A stretch of DNA of 64,000 nt from an uncultured Verrucomicrobiae bacterium (lineage in GTDB: Bacteria > Verrucomicrobiota > Verrucomicrobiia > Chthoniobacterales > JAFAMB01). Made by a program: the position numbers and the translations under genes. The notes beneath the pieces were generated by a model. That model had not been told where the DNA came from. It ran no database searches and saw only the letters and a list, made by a program, of their open reading frames with translations. The stretch covers positions 2,624,001-2,688,000 of the forward strand of contig CAWIPH010000002.1 of NCBI GenBank assembly GCA_963837955.1, read 5' to 3'. Below, piece by piece: positions 40,262 to 50,812 of this stretch (positions are counted from its first letter, which is position 1; each line of letters begins with the position of its first letter).

Positions 40262-40573
40262 GTGACGAATGCCACCAAACGTTCGATTCTTCGCTGTATT
40301 CACCTCATCTTTAGCATTCCGATACTCGGTTACATTTATGGTCCAGTTTCGGAAGTTGAACAATACGCCGCCGCTGTTCGGTTTGTCTTCGTTCCTGTAA
40401 TTGTCCTTTCCGGATTTTGGATGTATTCAGGCGTATTCTTCGCCATCATTGGCGTTGCGGTATGGCTCGGTGCATATCAGCTGTCTGGATATGGGGCGGC
40501 TGTCCTGAGTCAGGTCGCGCTATTCATCGCGCGGAAGACTTGGTTGGTGATTCGTGCGCAACCTTCAAAGTGA
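40262..40573 (+). CDS. Hypothetical membrane protein
   Basis: 103 aa, 3-4 hydrophobic segments, followed by an attC-like site. Confidence 0.7.
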   Translation: MTNATKRSILRCIHLIFSIPILGYIYGPVSEVEQYAAAVRFVFVPVIVLSGFWMYSGVFFAIIGVAVWLGAYQLSGYGAAVLSQVALFIARKTWLVIRAQPSK

Positions 40574-40577
40574 TCGG

Positions 40578-40647
40578 GCCTATCCATGCAGTGCAGCCAA
40601 CCGCTGCCCGCTGCGCGGTCAGCGGTGGCTGACCTTTATCGTTAGGC
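40578..40647 (+). mobile_element. Integron attC-like site
   Basis: GCCTATC (R'' variant) ... CAGCCAACCGCTG / CAGCGGTGGCTG ... GTTAGGC (R'), a few bp after a stop codon. Confidence 0.7.
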
Positions 40648-40784
40648 ACTTGAACACGCTCGATGAAGAAACGACCCGCAAAAGGCAGTCGGAAAGAAAT
40701 GAAGTCCCCCCAATTCAATTCAGTTGCGGAATATTTAGCCTCACAGGAGCCTGCGAAAGAAAGGACTCTCAGGTCCGTCAATAA

Positions 40785-41369
40785 ATGAATAGAATGAATC
40801 CTAAGGTTGATGTGTATTTCAGTGAGGCCAAAAAGTGGCGTAAAGAATTGGAGAAGCTGAGAATGATCATTCTTGACTGTCAGCTTACCGAAGAATTGAA
40901 GTGGGGTAAGCCTTGTTACACGTTTCAGAAAAGTAACATCGTTATAATACAAGGATTTAAAGAATTCTGTGCGCTTTTGTTCTGCAAAGGTGCCTTGTTA
41001 ACTGATCCCAATGGCATTCTTAAAAAATTTGGCTGGCAGGCGGCACGCCGGATTCCGTTCACCAATGTTCGAGAAATAGTTGAGATGGAAGCCATCTTGA
41101 AAGCCTATATCGATGAAGCCATTGAAGTGGAAAAAGCCGGTTTGAAAGTGAATTATAAAAAGACTTCAGAATTCATAATTCCTGAAGAATTTCAAAAAAA
41201 ATTAGATGAAATCCCTGCTTTGAAAACTGCTTTTGATGTATTAACGCCGGGACGGCAAAGAGGATACATTCTTTATTTTTCTGCACCCAAACAATCCAAA
41301 ACTCGGGAGTCAAGGGTTGAAAAATGTATGCAGCAAATTCTCAATGGAAAGGGATTAGATGATCAGTAA
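40785..41369 (+). CDS. YdeI/OmpD-associated (DUF1801) protein
   Basis: EELKWGKPCY, LTPGRQRGY, KQSKTRESR. Confidence 0.9.
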   Translation: MNRMNPKVDVYFSEAKKWRKELEKLRMIILDCQLTEELKWGKPCYTFQKSNIVIIQGFKEFCALLFCKGALLTDPNGILKKFGWQAARRIPFTNVREIVEMEAILKAYIDEAIEVEKAGLKVNYKKTSEFIIPEEFQKKLDEIPALKTAFDVLTPGRQRGYILYFSAPKQSKTRESRVEKCMQQILNGKGLDDQ

Positions 41370-41606
41370 TGGCGCCAAACGTTTAAGCGTGCCGACGACG
41401 CGACGGTGACTCCACTGACCCATGGGCCACTGAATCTCAGATCAATCAGAGCGGCGACTGGCCCATTCCACGTGCTGGTGGACAGATATCATCGCCTTAC
41501 GAACTCAGATCCGTCGAGAAAGCGAGCTCCTTTTGCGAACGTAGAACAACTCCCTAAAGCTAAAACAGCGGGAAATGCCGTCGGCTTCCAGGCCAATTCG
41601 AACGAT

Positions 41607-42086
41607 ATGCGTAAGATTAACGTAAAGGATATTGCTGAGGAGTCTTGGACTTCACCAAAAGGAAAGTTCGGCGGAGCGAGCAAGGAGATCTCGGTGGCAT
41701 TGGGACGCAAGCCGCTGTCCCTCGACCTGAAGGAGCGGCATCCGTTCGATATTGAGATTTGCCGCATACCGCCAGGCAAGAAGAACTGGCCTTATCATTC
41801 GCATAGTGCTCAATGGGAGTTTTATCACGTGATTTCGGGCCAGGGATTTGTCCGGTACGCTGATGGGACCACTCCAATCGAAGCTGGTGATGCATTCATC
41901 TTCGAGCCGGGGCAACCACATCAGCTAACCAATGACGGCGCCCAAGATCTCATTCTTTACATCGTCGCGGATAATCCGATTGGAGGCTCCTGCCACTATC
42001 CCGATAGCAAAAAATGGAGCGTAATCTCACCCGAGCACAGCCTGATCCGATCCGAGCCGCTGGACTACTACGACGGTGAGGAATGA
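41607..42086 (+). CDS. Cupin domain protein
   Basis: PYHSHSAQWEFYHVISGQG ... PHQLTN. Confidence 0.88.
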   Translation: MRKINVKDIAEESWTSPKGKFGGASKEISVALGRKPLSLDLKERHPFDIEICRIPPGKKNWPYHSHSAQWEFYHVISGQGFVRYADGTTPIEAGDAFIFEPGQPHQLTNDGAQDLILYIVADNPIGGSCHYPDSKKWSVISPEHSLIRSEPLDYYDGEE

Positions 42087-42260
42087 GCCTGTTGGTCCGC
42101 GGAAGGAACTCATGGATCGAAATGATGGCCGATGATCCACACTGATTCCAGCGAATTAGAACCCTTCGATAACACCAGGCGCGGGAGGACACCTGAAATC
42201 GCTGGATCTACGGCCATCTTCGTATCCTCTGTTAACTCCTGTTCGGATGGCACCGTTTAA

Positions 42261-42655
42261 CTACAGCTTCGATTCAAGCAGCTTCTGGATCGCCATTGCC
42301 CGCGGAGCAACTTCGGAAGCGTTTGCATACGGCTCGAAATTGATCGTCAAGGCACCGCTTTCGAAAGTGAGCCCTTTGTCGTAGGCGCTCGCCGGAGCCG
42401 AGGCCTTGTCGTAAGTCACTACCACTTTTTGTAGACTCTTTTTCAGCGCTGCTTTCCCCATGTCATCAGCCGTAATTTTCTTTAGCGCATCGATCAACGG
42501 CTCGAAATAGATGTTTGTCCAATAATCTGCCTTCGCGTAGTTCTCCGCATCGCCCGGTTTAGCGATGGCATTCCACTGAACATCGATTGGCAGCTCAAAT
42601 CCGGCGGCCTGAGTAATTTGGGTTTGAAGTCCTGGAAAGATTTTGTCCTGATAAT
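42261..42655 (-). pseudogene. 5'-truncated hypothetical protein
   Basis: Coding-like frame YQDKIFPGLQTQITQAAGFELPIDVQW...LLESKL with no clear start. Confidence 0.5.
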
Positions 42656-42768
42656 AGCGGACAACGAGAGCGTCGCTGCGTAGCTCGCCGGCCGAATCTG
42701 TGCCAGTTACCGTCTTTCCCGACGGGAGGCTTACGCTCAGTACAGTTCTTCGTTCTGGTGGTGTTTCT

Positions 42769-44121
42769 TCATTGGACGACGATTAGTTGTGGTCGCTCGC
42801 TCACGTAGATGTTTGCGATTGATCCGTAGTAGTCGGTCCATTGGGGTAGGCCATTCGGATTGGCGACACCGGGTTCCAGCACCGGCTGGGTCGCGCCGGT
42901 AATCAGATCCAGCACAAAGCTGTCGTTGTAATAGTGCGGGTGATCGAGCGCAAAGCTGACGGTGCAACTTTGTGGCGCAGGCGCGACATCCGCCTTGTAA
43001 GGCACATGGTTGCCGAACCAAACGGCCGCAACCGTGCGGCCTTCGGTTACTGTCCAGACGTAGGATTTGAAATCCGTCGCATCGAATCCGCTTTGGGTTG
43101 AGGCGAGCGTAACATTTTGGGTCGTCGAGTGTAGCCCGTTTAGTTGGTCTACGATTCGTGGGAGAACAAGTGAGACTTGTCGCGAGTTATCGTTATAGCT
43201 GAGCCAGCTTTGGCCTACTCCACTAAATTCGCCATCACCAATCATCTCGTAGAAAAAGGTGTGTTCGACCCCCATTCCGAAGGTCATGAGGTAACGCCGC
43301 GCATTCCAGAGCGCCGCAGAATATTCTGAGACAGAATAGTCAGCGCCCGTCTCAGTTTCCCAGATCGGGATATTCGGAGCGGCTGCACGAACCTTAGCGA
43401 TCCATGACTCATATCCGCTAGCGGCTTCAGGCTCATATACGCGCTCAGGAATTTCGCTACCGTCGTCGTAAGGATGGAAAGTTAAGCCGTCACATTTCAA
43501 TCCAAGGCTCAACATCAAAAGCAAATCGGATCCCTGGGCGCCACCCGCTAGGACCGTCATAGATGGATTAGCGGCCTTAATTGCAGCATAAGCTGCGTTC
43601 GCAAAGGTCACGTATTTTTGCTGCCATTTGCTCGAATCCACAACAAACGGATGTCCTCCGTAGTAGGATGCAAAACCGTTATTGGGCTCGTTCAAAATCT
43701 CGATAGCGGCCACCAGTGGCGTCCCATCGGTATTAATCTGAGTGGCAAGCCAGGCGCAAGCATTGGCGTAGGCTGTCACATCGAAGTTGTCAGTATAAAA
43801 AGGCGAACTATATCCGCTTCCAGCTTGCACTAGCCCAACTACCTTTATGCCGTTCTGGTGCGCCAATTGGAGAAAAGCAAGTTCATCGCTAAACAGGCCG
43901 TAAACGCCTTGGGCGGTGTGCTCAATATTGTTCCAGTCCACGTCATCGCGAATAAAGGTGGTCCCAATCTCCGCCATGTATGGGATCACATATTGGGCAT
44001 TCCACTGCGGTTGGGCCGCGTGTAAGGCGAAGTGAGAATCAAAATTGAGTTCGAAGCCGTGACCCGGCCTCAACGGTCCGAGGACCGACAAACTTACTAG
44101 AACTGCGAGCAACTTTTTCAT
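42769..44121 (-). CDS. Secreted clan GH-A glycoside hydrolase (GH5/GH39-like)
   Basis: Signal peptide; EILNEPN acid/base, TFHPY, PIWETETG nucleophile. Confidence 0.85.
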   Translation of the reverse strand: MKKLLAVLVSLSVLGPLRPGHGFELNFDSHFALHAAQPQWNAQYVIPYMAEIGTTFIRDDVDWNNIEHTAQGVYGLFSDELAFLQLAHQNGIKVVGLVQAGSGYSSPFYTDNFDVTAYANACAWLATQINTDGTPLVAAIEILNEPNNGFASYYGGHPFVVDSSKWQQKYVTFANAAYAAIKAANPSMTVLAGGAQGSDLLLMLSLGLKCDGLTFHPYDDGSEIPERVYEPEAASGYESWIAKVRAAAPNIPIWETETGADYSVSEYSAALWNARRYLMTFGMGVEHTFFYEMIGDGEFSGVGQSWLSYNDNSRQVSLVLPRIVDQLNGLHSTTQNVTLASTQSGFDATDFKSYVWTVTEGRTVAAVWFGNHVPYKADVAPAPQSCTVSFALDHPHYYNDSFVLDLITGATQPVLEPGVANPNGLPQWTDYYGSIANIYVSERPQLIVVQ

Positions 44122-44917
44122 TGGGTTTGTTTGTTACTGAGTCTCTACCGTTGTTATTTTTTACCAATTGGGCGCCCAGGTGCAGGAGTCGGAGCGCCGT
44201 CCGGTGGTGCGGTTGTAGCGGAGTGCCTGCTGCAATACAGAACAGAGTGACAGCTCCTGTAACGTTGAGTGATGCAATTTCGCTAGATCTCCTGGTCTCC
44301 ATAGAAACTAGCCTATGACCCACTTGTAGCAGATTGCATCGCAGTCCCATATAATACCTTAGTACTACAGCAGCCCGATTTTCGACTCGGGTTAATCCGC
44401 CACGGCCCGAAACCGCTGAGCAAGCGGCGAGGACAATCGGAGCAGTAGGGAAGCCAAATCTGAGATGCCTTGAACCTGATGGATTTTCCAGGCGGGAGAA
44501 TCCGCCATTGGCAAGAGGCCCTGAATCCGACGTCGCTGCGCAGCGATTCTTCCGAATCGGAATGGACAGAGAGCAGCGCTAACGAACCTTTCTCCCGAAA
44601 GCTGTATACGTAAACGTTGCCGAACCGGAAATTCATGTTTGCTGCATTCAAATCTGGTGCGGTTTGATCATCAGCAGTTACTTTAGATTTATTGTAAGAA
44701 CGGACCTTTCTCACTGGAACTGAGACAGTTATAACGAAACAGAGTTAAAACGAGAAGGGGAGTAGTTTCCGGCAGCAGGCTCCGGCTGAGAAGTTCACGT
44801 GTTTGCCTGAAAAGAATTCCCCTACACTTCAAAATGTCCTAAACTTGACTTCAGCGGACGGCAACGGACAGCAGACTGGAATGGTCAAATCTGTCAAAAT
44901 CTTGTGTCAGTCTACAA

Positions 44918-44964
44918 AACGCTCTAAAACGCGATTAGAGCGCCTTTCTCAGGTCCTCGGCTAT
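44918..44964. repeat. ~46-bp direct repeat, right copy
   Basis: Matches 39351-39396. Confidence 0.75.
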
Positions 44965-45356
44965 CCTGACCCTCGGAATTGCAGCAAAAGTACCAAGTTT
45001 TGTATCGACGAGCGTCTGAGGACGAATCGGTCACTGTCAGGCAATTCCACAACTTTGGTTCGAAGAAGTTCTTCGCTTTCCTAGGGAGTGCCTAGCGTTT
45101 GTGCCGGAAACGTCCGTATTCCACATCTTTGCCTCACCAGACCCAAGGACCTCGCAACTAGTAGGTGCGACTACTACCGTATTTTATATGACATTTATTG
45201 TATGATGTTATGCTTATGCGCCTCGCTCCGAAAGGAATCCAGGATTGTGAATAACTTGTGAATCGTTCCCTCGCCGTTCCAGCCGCCCCTTGGTCCAGTG
45301 GAAGTTATTGACACCGCGACGAGGTCCGCGACAGATACTCCCAGCGTTCGCACGTT

Positions 45357-48077
45357 ATGAAACCGGATTATCTGTCGCGCGGCTTCGAGAAGATTCGTGA
45401 GGATCTGTCATTCCTCATGCATTGTTTCCGCGAGGTGCTCGAGGAATTGGGCGAAGAGGATCTGGCCAAGCGTTTACCCTGGATCAGCGACGTTACAATC
45501 TCGGATCGGCCAAACCCTCGCCTCTCCCAGGCCTACTCGGTCGCGTTTCAGCTTCTCAATATGGTCGAGGAGAATGTCGCGGCACAGGTGCGGCGCTCTC
45601 GTGAATCCGAAATGGGTCTCCCGAGTGAGCCGGGCCTCTGGGCATACCAGCTGGAAAAACTGAAGAAATCCGGGCTCTCGGAAAGCCAAATCGTCCAGCG
45701 TCTGCCCCAAATCAGAGTGGAGCCAGTATTAACGGCGCATCCGACTGAGGCTAAGCGTCTTGCCGTCCTTGAACAGCATCGCTCGCTGTACCTTCTCCTC
45801 GTCCAGCGGGAAAATCGCATGTACACGCCGCAGGAGCAGACAGCCATCCGCGATGAGATCAAAGTGACGCTCGAACGGCTCTGGCGGACCGGCGAGGTTC
45901 ACCGGACCAAACCACGGCTTTTCGAGGAGCGGCGCAATATTGTTCATTATCTTCGAGACGTGTTTCCCGCGGTACTCGCCGATGTCGACTTGCGGTTGAG
46001 GCAGGCCTGGGGTGAAAACGGGTTCGATCGAGCCGTGCTCGCTTCGGCGGATAAGCTGCCTCGCCTCCGCTTCGGCACCTGGGTCGGCGGCGACCGCGAC
46101 GGGCACCCTCTCGTGACGGCGGAGGTAACTGCGGCGACCTTTCAGGATCTACGAGAGGCGGCTCTGCACGCGTTGCAAGACGCGCTCGGACGTCTGATCG
46201 ATCAGCTGACCCTTTCCGGCAATGATCAGATTGCGCCCGATTACCTGGAAGCGGCGATCAACCGGCTGTCTGAAGAGACGTCGACCCATTCCGATGACGT
46301 TTTGTTCCGAGAAGAGCCGTGGCGACGTTTTGCCTACTTAATACAGAAAAAGCTCACGCAAATTCCTCCACAGCCGCATTTTGCGTCTGCTACAGAACTG
46401 CGAAAAGAATTGCTTTTGCTCGCTTCTTCGCTGGAAGCCGTCGGTGCCCGCCGGATCGCGGAAGCAGAAGTCTTACGGGTGATTCGCATCGTCGATGTGT
46501 TCGGGTTTCACGGCGCGGTCCTTGATATTAGGCAAAATAGCCACTTCCATGATCTGGCGATCGCGCAACTAATGACCGCCGCCGGGGTTCCCGGTGCCGA
46601 CCAATTCGTTCACCAAAGCCAGAAGGAGCGGCTCCCATTTTTGCTGGCTGAGCTGGAATCACGACGCCCGTTCTTGTCGCCCGGAGCTCCGGTTGGTCCG
46701 GAGGCAGACGCGGTCCTGGGTTGTTATCGGGTCTTGAAGGATTATCGGGATAAATACGGTTTACGCGGAATTGGTTCGCTGATTGTCAGTATGACCCGGG
46801 GCGTGGCCGATCTCCTTGCTGTCTATCTTTTCTCGCGTGAAGTCGGTCTCTGGCGGGAAACCTCCGAAGGTCCGGCGTCGGAAATTCATGTCGTTCCCCT
46901 GTTCGAGACGATCGAAGACCTCGAGGCCGCACCTCAAATTGTTGAACAGTATCTGCAACATCCTTTTGTGAAGCGCAGCATTCAGATCCAGGCGGAAATA
47001 CGCGGCAGCGAGTTTCCGGTGCAACAGATCATGCTTGGCTATAGCGATAGCAACAAAGACTCCGGTCTGCTGACCAGTCAATGGGCCCTCCATTGTGCGC
47101 AAAGGGAGATCACCCGCGTCTCCGATTCCAGCGGTGTCCAGGTACGCTACTTTCATGGCCGCGGAGGAACGATCAGCCGAGGAGCCGGCCCTACCCATCG
47201 TTTTCTCGAAGCGCTGCCTCACCGAACAGTTCGGGGCGATATTCGACTGACCGAGCAAGGAGAAACCATCGCGCAGAAGTACGCCAACCGGATCACGGCG
47301 GCATATAACCTGGAAATTCTGTTGGCGGGCGTTGCCGGTATCACTTTGCAGCAAGAAGGTCACGAGCAGCCAGAGGAGATGAACAGCGGTTTGGTAGCAC
47401 AGCTGTCGAACACCAGCCGGAACGCGTATCGCCATCTTTTGGAGCTGCCGGGATTTCTGGAATTCTTTCGTTCTGCGACACCGATCGATGCACTGGAGTT
47501 GAGCAGTATCGGCTCGCGACCGAGCCGCCGCACCGGTGAGTCCTCATTCGCGGATCTCCGGGCCATACCTTGGGTATTCAGTTGGACCCAATCGCGTTTC
47601 TATCTGCCTGGGTGGTATGGGCTGGGAACCGCGCTGGCCGAAATCAATGAAACGCCCGCCTGGAGTAAATTGATCGAAGCGGGCCGAACATCGCCGTTTC
47701 TGCGTTTTGTTTTGACCAACGCGGAGACGAATATGCAGAGCGCCGAACGATCTATCATGGAGCTCTACGCATCGTTAGCGCCTGAAACCGAACCAGTTCA
47801 ATCGGTTTTTCGGGCCATACTAAAAGAATTCGATTTAACGCGAACACTGCTTCCGGAGACGTTAGGCGGCCGGTCGGGCGATCGCCGGCCTCGTTTCACC
47901 ATGACCCATCAGATTCGGGCGGACGCCCTCCTCGCCCTGCACGTTCAACAGGTTGCGCTATTGCGACAGTGGCGGGTCGCTCGCCAGCAACAAGACCACG
48001 CGGCGTCGGATCACCTTTTTTCGGATCTGCTGGTCTGTATCAACGCGATCGCGAGCGGCCTGAGGACTACTGGGTAG
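45357..48077 (+). CDS. ppc: Phosphoenolpyruvate carboxylase
   Basis: VLTAHPTE, WVGGDRDG, MLGYSDSNKD, FHGRGGTISRG, LRAIPW, C-terminal LRTTG. Confidence 0.97.
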   Translation: MKPDYLSRGFEKIREDLSFLMHCFREVLEELGEEDLAKRLPWISDVTISDRPNPRLSQAYSVAFQLLNMVEENVAAQVRRSRESEMGLPSEPGLWAYQLEKLKKSGLSESQIVQRLPQIRVEPVLTAHPTEAKRLAVLEQHRSLYLLLVQRENRMYTPQEQTAIRDEIKVTLERLWRTGEVHRTKPRLFEERRNIVHYLRDVFPAVLADVDLRLRQAWGENGFDRAVLASADKLPRLRFGTWVGGDRDGHPLVTAEVTAATFQDLREAALHALQDALGRLIDQLTLSGNDQIAPDYLEAAINRLSEETSTHSDDVLFREEPWRRFAYLIQKKLTQIPPQPHFASATELRKELLLLASSLEAVGARRIAEAEVLRVIRIVDVFGFHGAVLDIRQNSHFHDLAIAQLMTAAGVPGADQFVHQSQKERLPFLLAELESRRPFLSPGAPVGPEADAVLGCYRVLKDYRDKYGLRGIGSLIVSMTRGVADLLAVYLFSREVGLWRETSEGPASEIHVVPLFETIEDLEAAPQIVEQYLQHPFVKRSIQIQAEIRGSEFPVQQIMLGYSDSNKDSGLLTSQWALHCAQREITRVSDSSGVQVRYFHGRGGTISRGAGPTHRFLEALPHRTVRGDIRLTEQGETIAQKYANRITAAYNLEILLAGVAGITLQQEGHEQPEEMNSGLVAQLSNTSRNAYRHLLELPGFLEFFRSATPIDALELSSIGSRPSRRTGESSFADLRAIPWVFSWTQSRFYLPGWYGLGTALAEINETPAWSKLIEAGRTSPFLRFVLTNAETNMQSAERSIMELYASLAPETEPVQSVFRAILKEFDLTRTLLPETLGGRSGDRRPRFTMTHQIRADALLALHVQQVALLRQWRVARQQQDHAASDHLFSDLLVCINAIASGLRTTG

Positions 48078-48223
48078 CTTAGTGAGAAGTGATTGGTGAG
48101 AGGAACGGTGAAATTAGGGTGACGAGAGATTTCTGGCGGGATTTCCCGATATGCATTCACCAATCACCAATTACTTCTCACCTCTCACCTCTCACACACT
48201 GAGCCGGGAGGATCAGGCTACTT

Positions 48224-49036
48224 TCAATGACCGAGGCCTCGCCAGCCCATCACACCCATATACATCGCGACAAGGACCAGAAATGCGCTGGAGAGATAAG
48301 GCAATCTTCGCGCCAGGTTCCCGAATCCTTTAAATCTCTTTTCCGCGTGTCTGACACTCCATGCGGCGATGGAACCGGTCGCAACCAGGGTCAATGCCAA
48401 GCCGACGCTAAAAGCAAGCACCATGGAAAATCCCAGGGTGAAATGTTTAACCTGGAGACAGATGAGCAGGATAGAAAAGGCTGCTGGACACGGTATGAGC
48501 CCACCGGTGAGTCCGAACAAAACGATCTGCCCATTCGTCACGTTTCGGCTGGCGAAACGGTCTTGAATTTCCTGGGCGTGGGCGCGCTCGTGGGCGTCCT
48601 CATACTCACCTGGTCCGTGGTGGTCATGATCATGGTGATGGTCGGTATCATCGTGATGATGATCTGGATGAACCGTCGCCGCTTGTACGTCACGGCGAGT
48701 TCGCCAGAACATCCAAATCGCGAGACCTGCGACGAGCACGGCTGAAGCGATCTGAAAGTAAGGCTCGGTTGCTTCCGCGTTCCAATGGCTTCCCAGATTC
48801 AACGCTACTGCGGCCAGAATCCAAATGACTAGAGAGTGGGAAATTGCCGCCGACACACCAAGCAAGGTGGCCTGGGCAATGGATCCTCGGATAGCGACAA
48901 TAAACGCGGCCATCATCGTCTTGGAATGGCCGGGCTCGAGGCCGTGCAACGCGCCGAGAACGACGGCGGTAGGGAGAAAGAGCCAAGCGCTGGCTGCTCC
49001 CTGCTGGAGCAGTTGAGAGAAATTGTCCATCCGCAT
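48224..49036 (-). CDS. rcnA: Nickel/cobalt efflux transporter
   Basis: LHGLEPGHSKTMM, His-rich loop, GLTGGLIPCPAA. Confidence 0.92.
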   Translation of the reverse strand: MRMDNFSQLLQQGAASAWLFLPTAVVLGALHGLEPGHSKTMMAAFIVAIRGSIAQATLLGVSAAISHSLVIWILAAVALNLGSHWNAEATEPYFQIASAVLVAGLAIWMFWRTRRDVQAATVHPDHHHDDTDHHHDHDHHGPGEYEDAHERAHAQEIQDRFASRNVTNGQIVLFGLTGGLIPCPAAFSILLICLQVKHFTLGFSMVLAFSVGLALTLVATGSIAAWSVRHAEKRFKGFGNLARRLPYLSSAFLVLVAMYMGVMGWRGLGH

Positions 49037-49118
49037 GGAGTATGCCCCCTATACCCATATTGTCAAACCGTTCCCTTTTTGCTATGGTTAGGAGATCGCA
49101 ACCAATAAACTAAGCCCT

Positions 49119-49403
49119 ATGGCCGAGCTTCATCTGCATTCTCCCGAAGAAAAAAGAGCACTCAAAATCCGCGTTCGAAAAATCTCCGGACAGCTGGCCG
49201 CGATCGAGCGAATGATCGATCAAGACACGGATTGTCCAGAAGTCCTGAACCAGGTAGTGTCCGCCCGCAAAGGCCTCAAATCCTTCGCCGAAGTCATCAT
49301 TCGCCAGCATGCCGATCATTGCATCAGTGAGGCAGCAGACCAACCCGAAGCGCACCGCAAGTTGCGCAAGCTGCTGGTAGTTCTCGAACGCTACGTGGAA
49401 TGA
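49119..49403 (+). CDS. rcnR: CsoR/RcnR family metal-sensing repressor
   Basis: RVRKISGQL..IERM...DC.EVL.Q...HADHC; divergent from rcnA. Confidence 0.88.
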   Translation: MAELHLHSPEEKRALKIRVRKISGQLAAIERMIDQDTDCPEVLNQVVSARKGLKSFAEVIIRQHADHCISEAADQPEAHRKLRKLLVVLERYVE

Positions 49404-49523
49404 TCCGCCGCATTTTGGCGAACGACTAACGCATATTGGATAACGATTTGGAAACTTGAGCTCAGTGATTCCAGTTAGGTTATTTGTTTGCGCTGCCGAG
49501 ATTAGTTAGTCAATTCGCGGTAG

Positions 49524-50414
49524 CTATTTATGGCTGGCCGGGTCACGCCAACTATATTGAGGCTGGTAGCCGAGCAACCGTTTCGCCTTTTCGCTGGAAA
49601 GCCCAGTCTCATTCCCTGACAGGGCCCTCTTGATCGGCACACTCGGAAAGACTTCTGCTAATAAAGCGGATGTCGGACGCGTCATGACCGTATCATCATT
49701 GGCGATGATAAAGACTTCGGCTCCTTTGATTGGCGCCTCCAGCGATTTGCGGATCGCCTGAGCCGCATCGCGAGCATCGATGTATCCCCACAGGTTCCAT
49801 TTACGGCTGTGTGGGTCCTGCTCAAAGCTGGGAAATCTGGCGTAGTCGTGGGGCTCCATCACGTTGGAAAATCGGAGGCCGACGATTTTCATCTCGGGAT
49901 CCCATCGGCAGAATTGCTTCGCCATCTCCTCGCCCAATAGCTTCGTGAGCGAGTAAGCGCTTTCGGGGCGGCCGGGATATTCCTCGTCTAACGGTGCGTA
50001 CGGAGGCGGTGTCTCGAACGGCAATCCCAATACTGTCTCACTCGAAGCCCAAACGATATTCTTGATTCCTAAGCGGCGCGCGGCCTCGAAAACATGGTAG
50101 GTGCTCAAAGTATTATTGCGGAATGTGACGGGATCGCTATAGACCCGCGGGGCCGGAATTGCCGCCAGGTGCACGACTGCGTCAAAGTTCTGGCGAAGGA
50201 CTTTGCCATCCGGGCCTGCCGGCGAGAGCGCATCGACGGTTTGTCCAAAATCGGCCAAATCAGCTACTATAAAGGGACACAAGGCCTGCGCCGGCACCAC
50301 GTTGTCGACATTGAACACCTCGTACCCGTGCTCGATCAGGTCTCGGACACAGGCACGTCCGGCTTTGCCGCTTCCGCCGGTGACAACAACTCTTACTTTA
50401 GATTCGTTATTCAT
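49524..50414 (-). CDS. NAD-dependent epimerase/dehydratase
   Basis: TGGSGKAG, HLAA, ASS, YSLTK. Confidence 0.92.
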   Translation of the reverse strand: MNNESKVRVVVTGGSGKAGRACVRDLIEHGYEVFNVDNVVPAQALCPFIVADLADFGQTVDALSPAGPDGKVLRQNFDAVVHLAAIPAPRVYSDPVTFRNNTLSTYHVFEAARRLGIKNIVWASSETVLGLPFETPPPYAPLDEEYPGRPESAYSLTKLLGEEMAKQFCRWDPEMKIVGLRFSNVMEPHDYARFPSFEQDPHSRKWNLWGYIDARDAAQAIRKSLEAPIKGAEVFIIANDDTVMTRPTSALLAEVFPSVPIKRALSGNETGLSSEKAKRLLGYQPQYSWRDPASHK

Positions 50415-50431
50415 TGGATTGGAGAGATCTT

Positions 50432-50493
50432 AACCGCGAATGGACGCGAAAGAAGGATATCGCATTCCCGTCTCATCGCGTCCATTCGCGGTT
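50432..50493. repeat. REP-like hairpin
   Basis: AACCGCGAATGGACGCGA ... TCGCGTCCATTCGCGGTT. Confidence 0.7.
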
Positions 50494-50812
50494 CCCTTGT
50501 GGAAGCATAATGAGTTGTTTTGCGCGGTTTCACCGCCTCCTTCCCGGCGGCCAACGGCTACAGCCGATTGATTGCTTTCGCAGGAAAGTCACGGAACGGC
50601 GCATCTACGAGCCGGTGAGACAGTCGCCCCTGCCGGCGACGTATTTTTCGCCTGCCATCGCAGTTAACGCACGGTGTAAGTCGCATTTTTTTAGCGTGTT
50701 ACGCGACATATTATGTTTAGTACAGATTAATGTTATTCCCGTCATCAGAAGCGCCAAAACCGCCGAATTCTGCATGCTGGAATTCAAAAGCCGATGATCT
50801 AAATTTCTACAG

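Noticed and set aside
44121..45300. Several short ORFs
   Set aside because: No coding signature or family recognised; probably degraded intergenic DNA
48080..48200. GTGAGA/TCTCAC heptamer-like inverted repeats between ppc and rcnA
   Set aside because: Ordinary low-complexity hairpin between convergent genes
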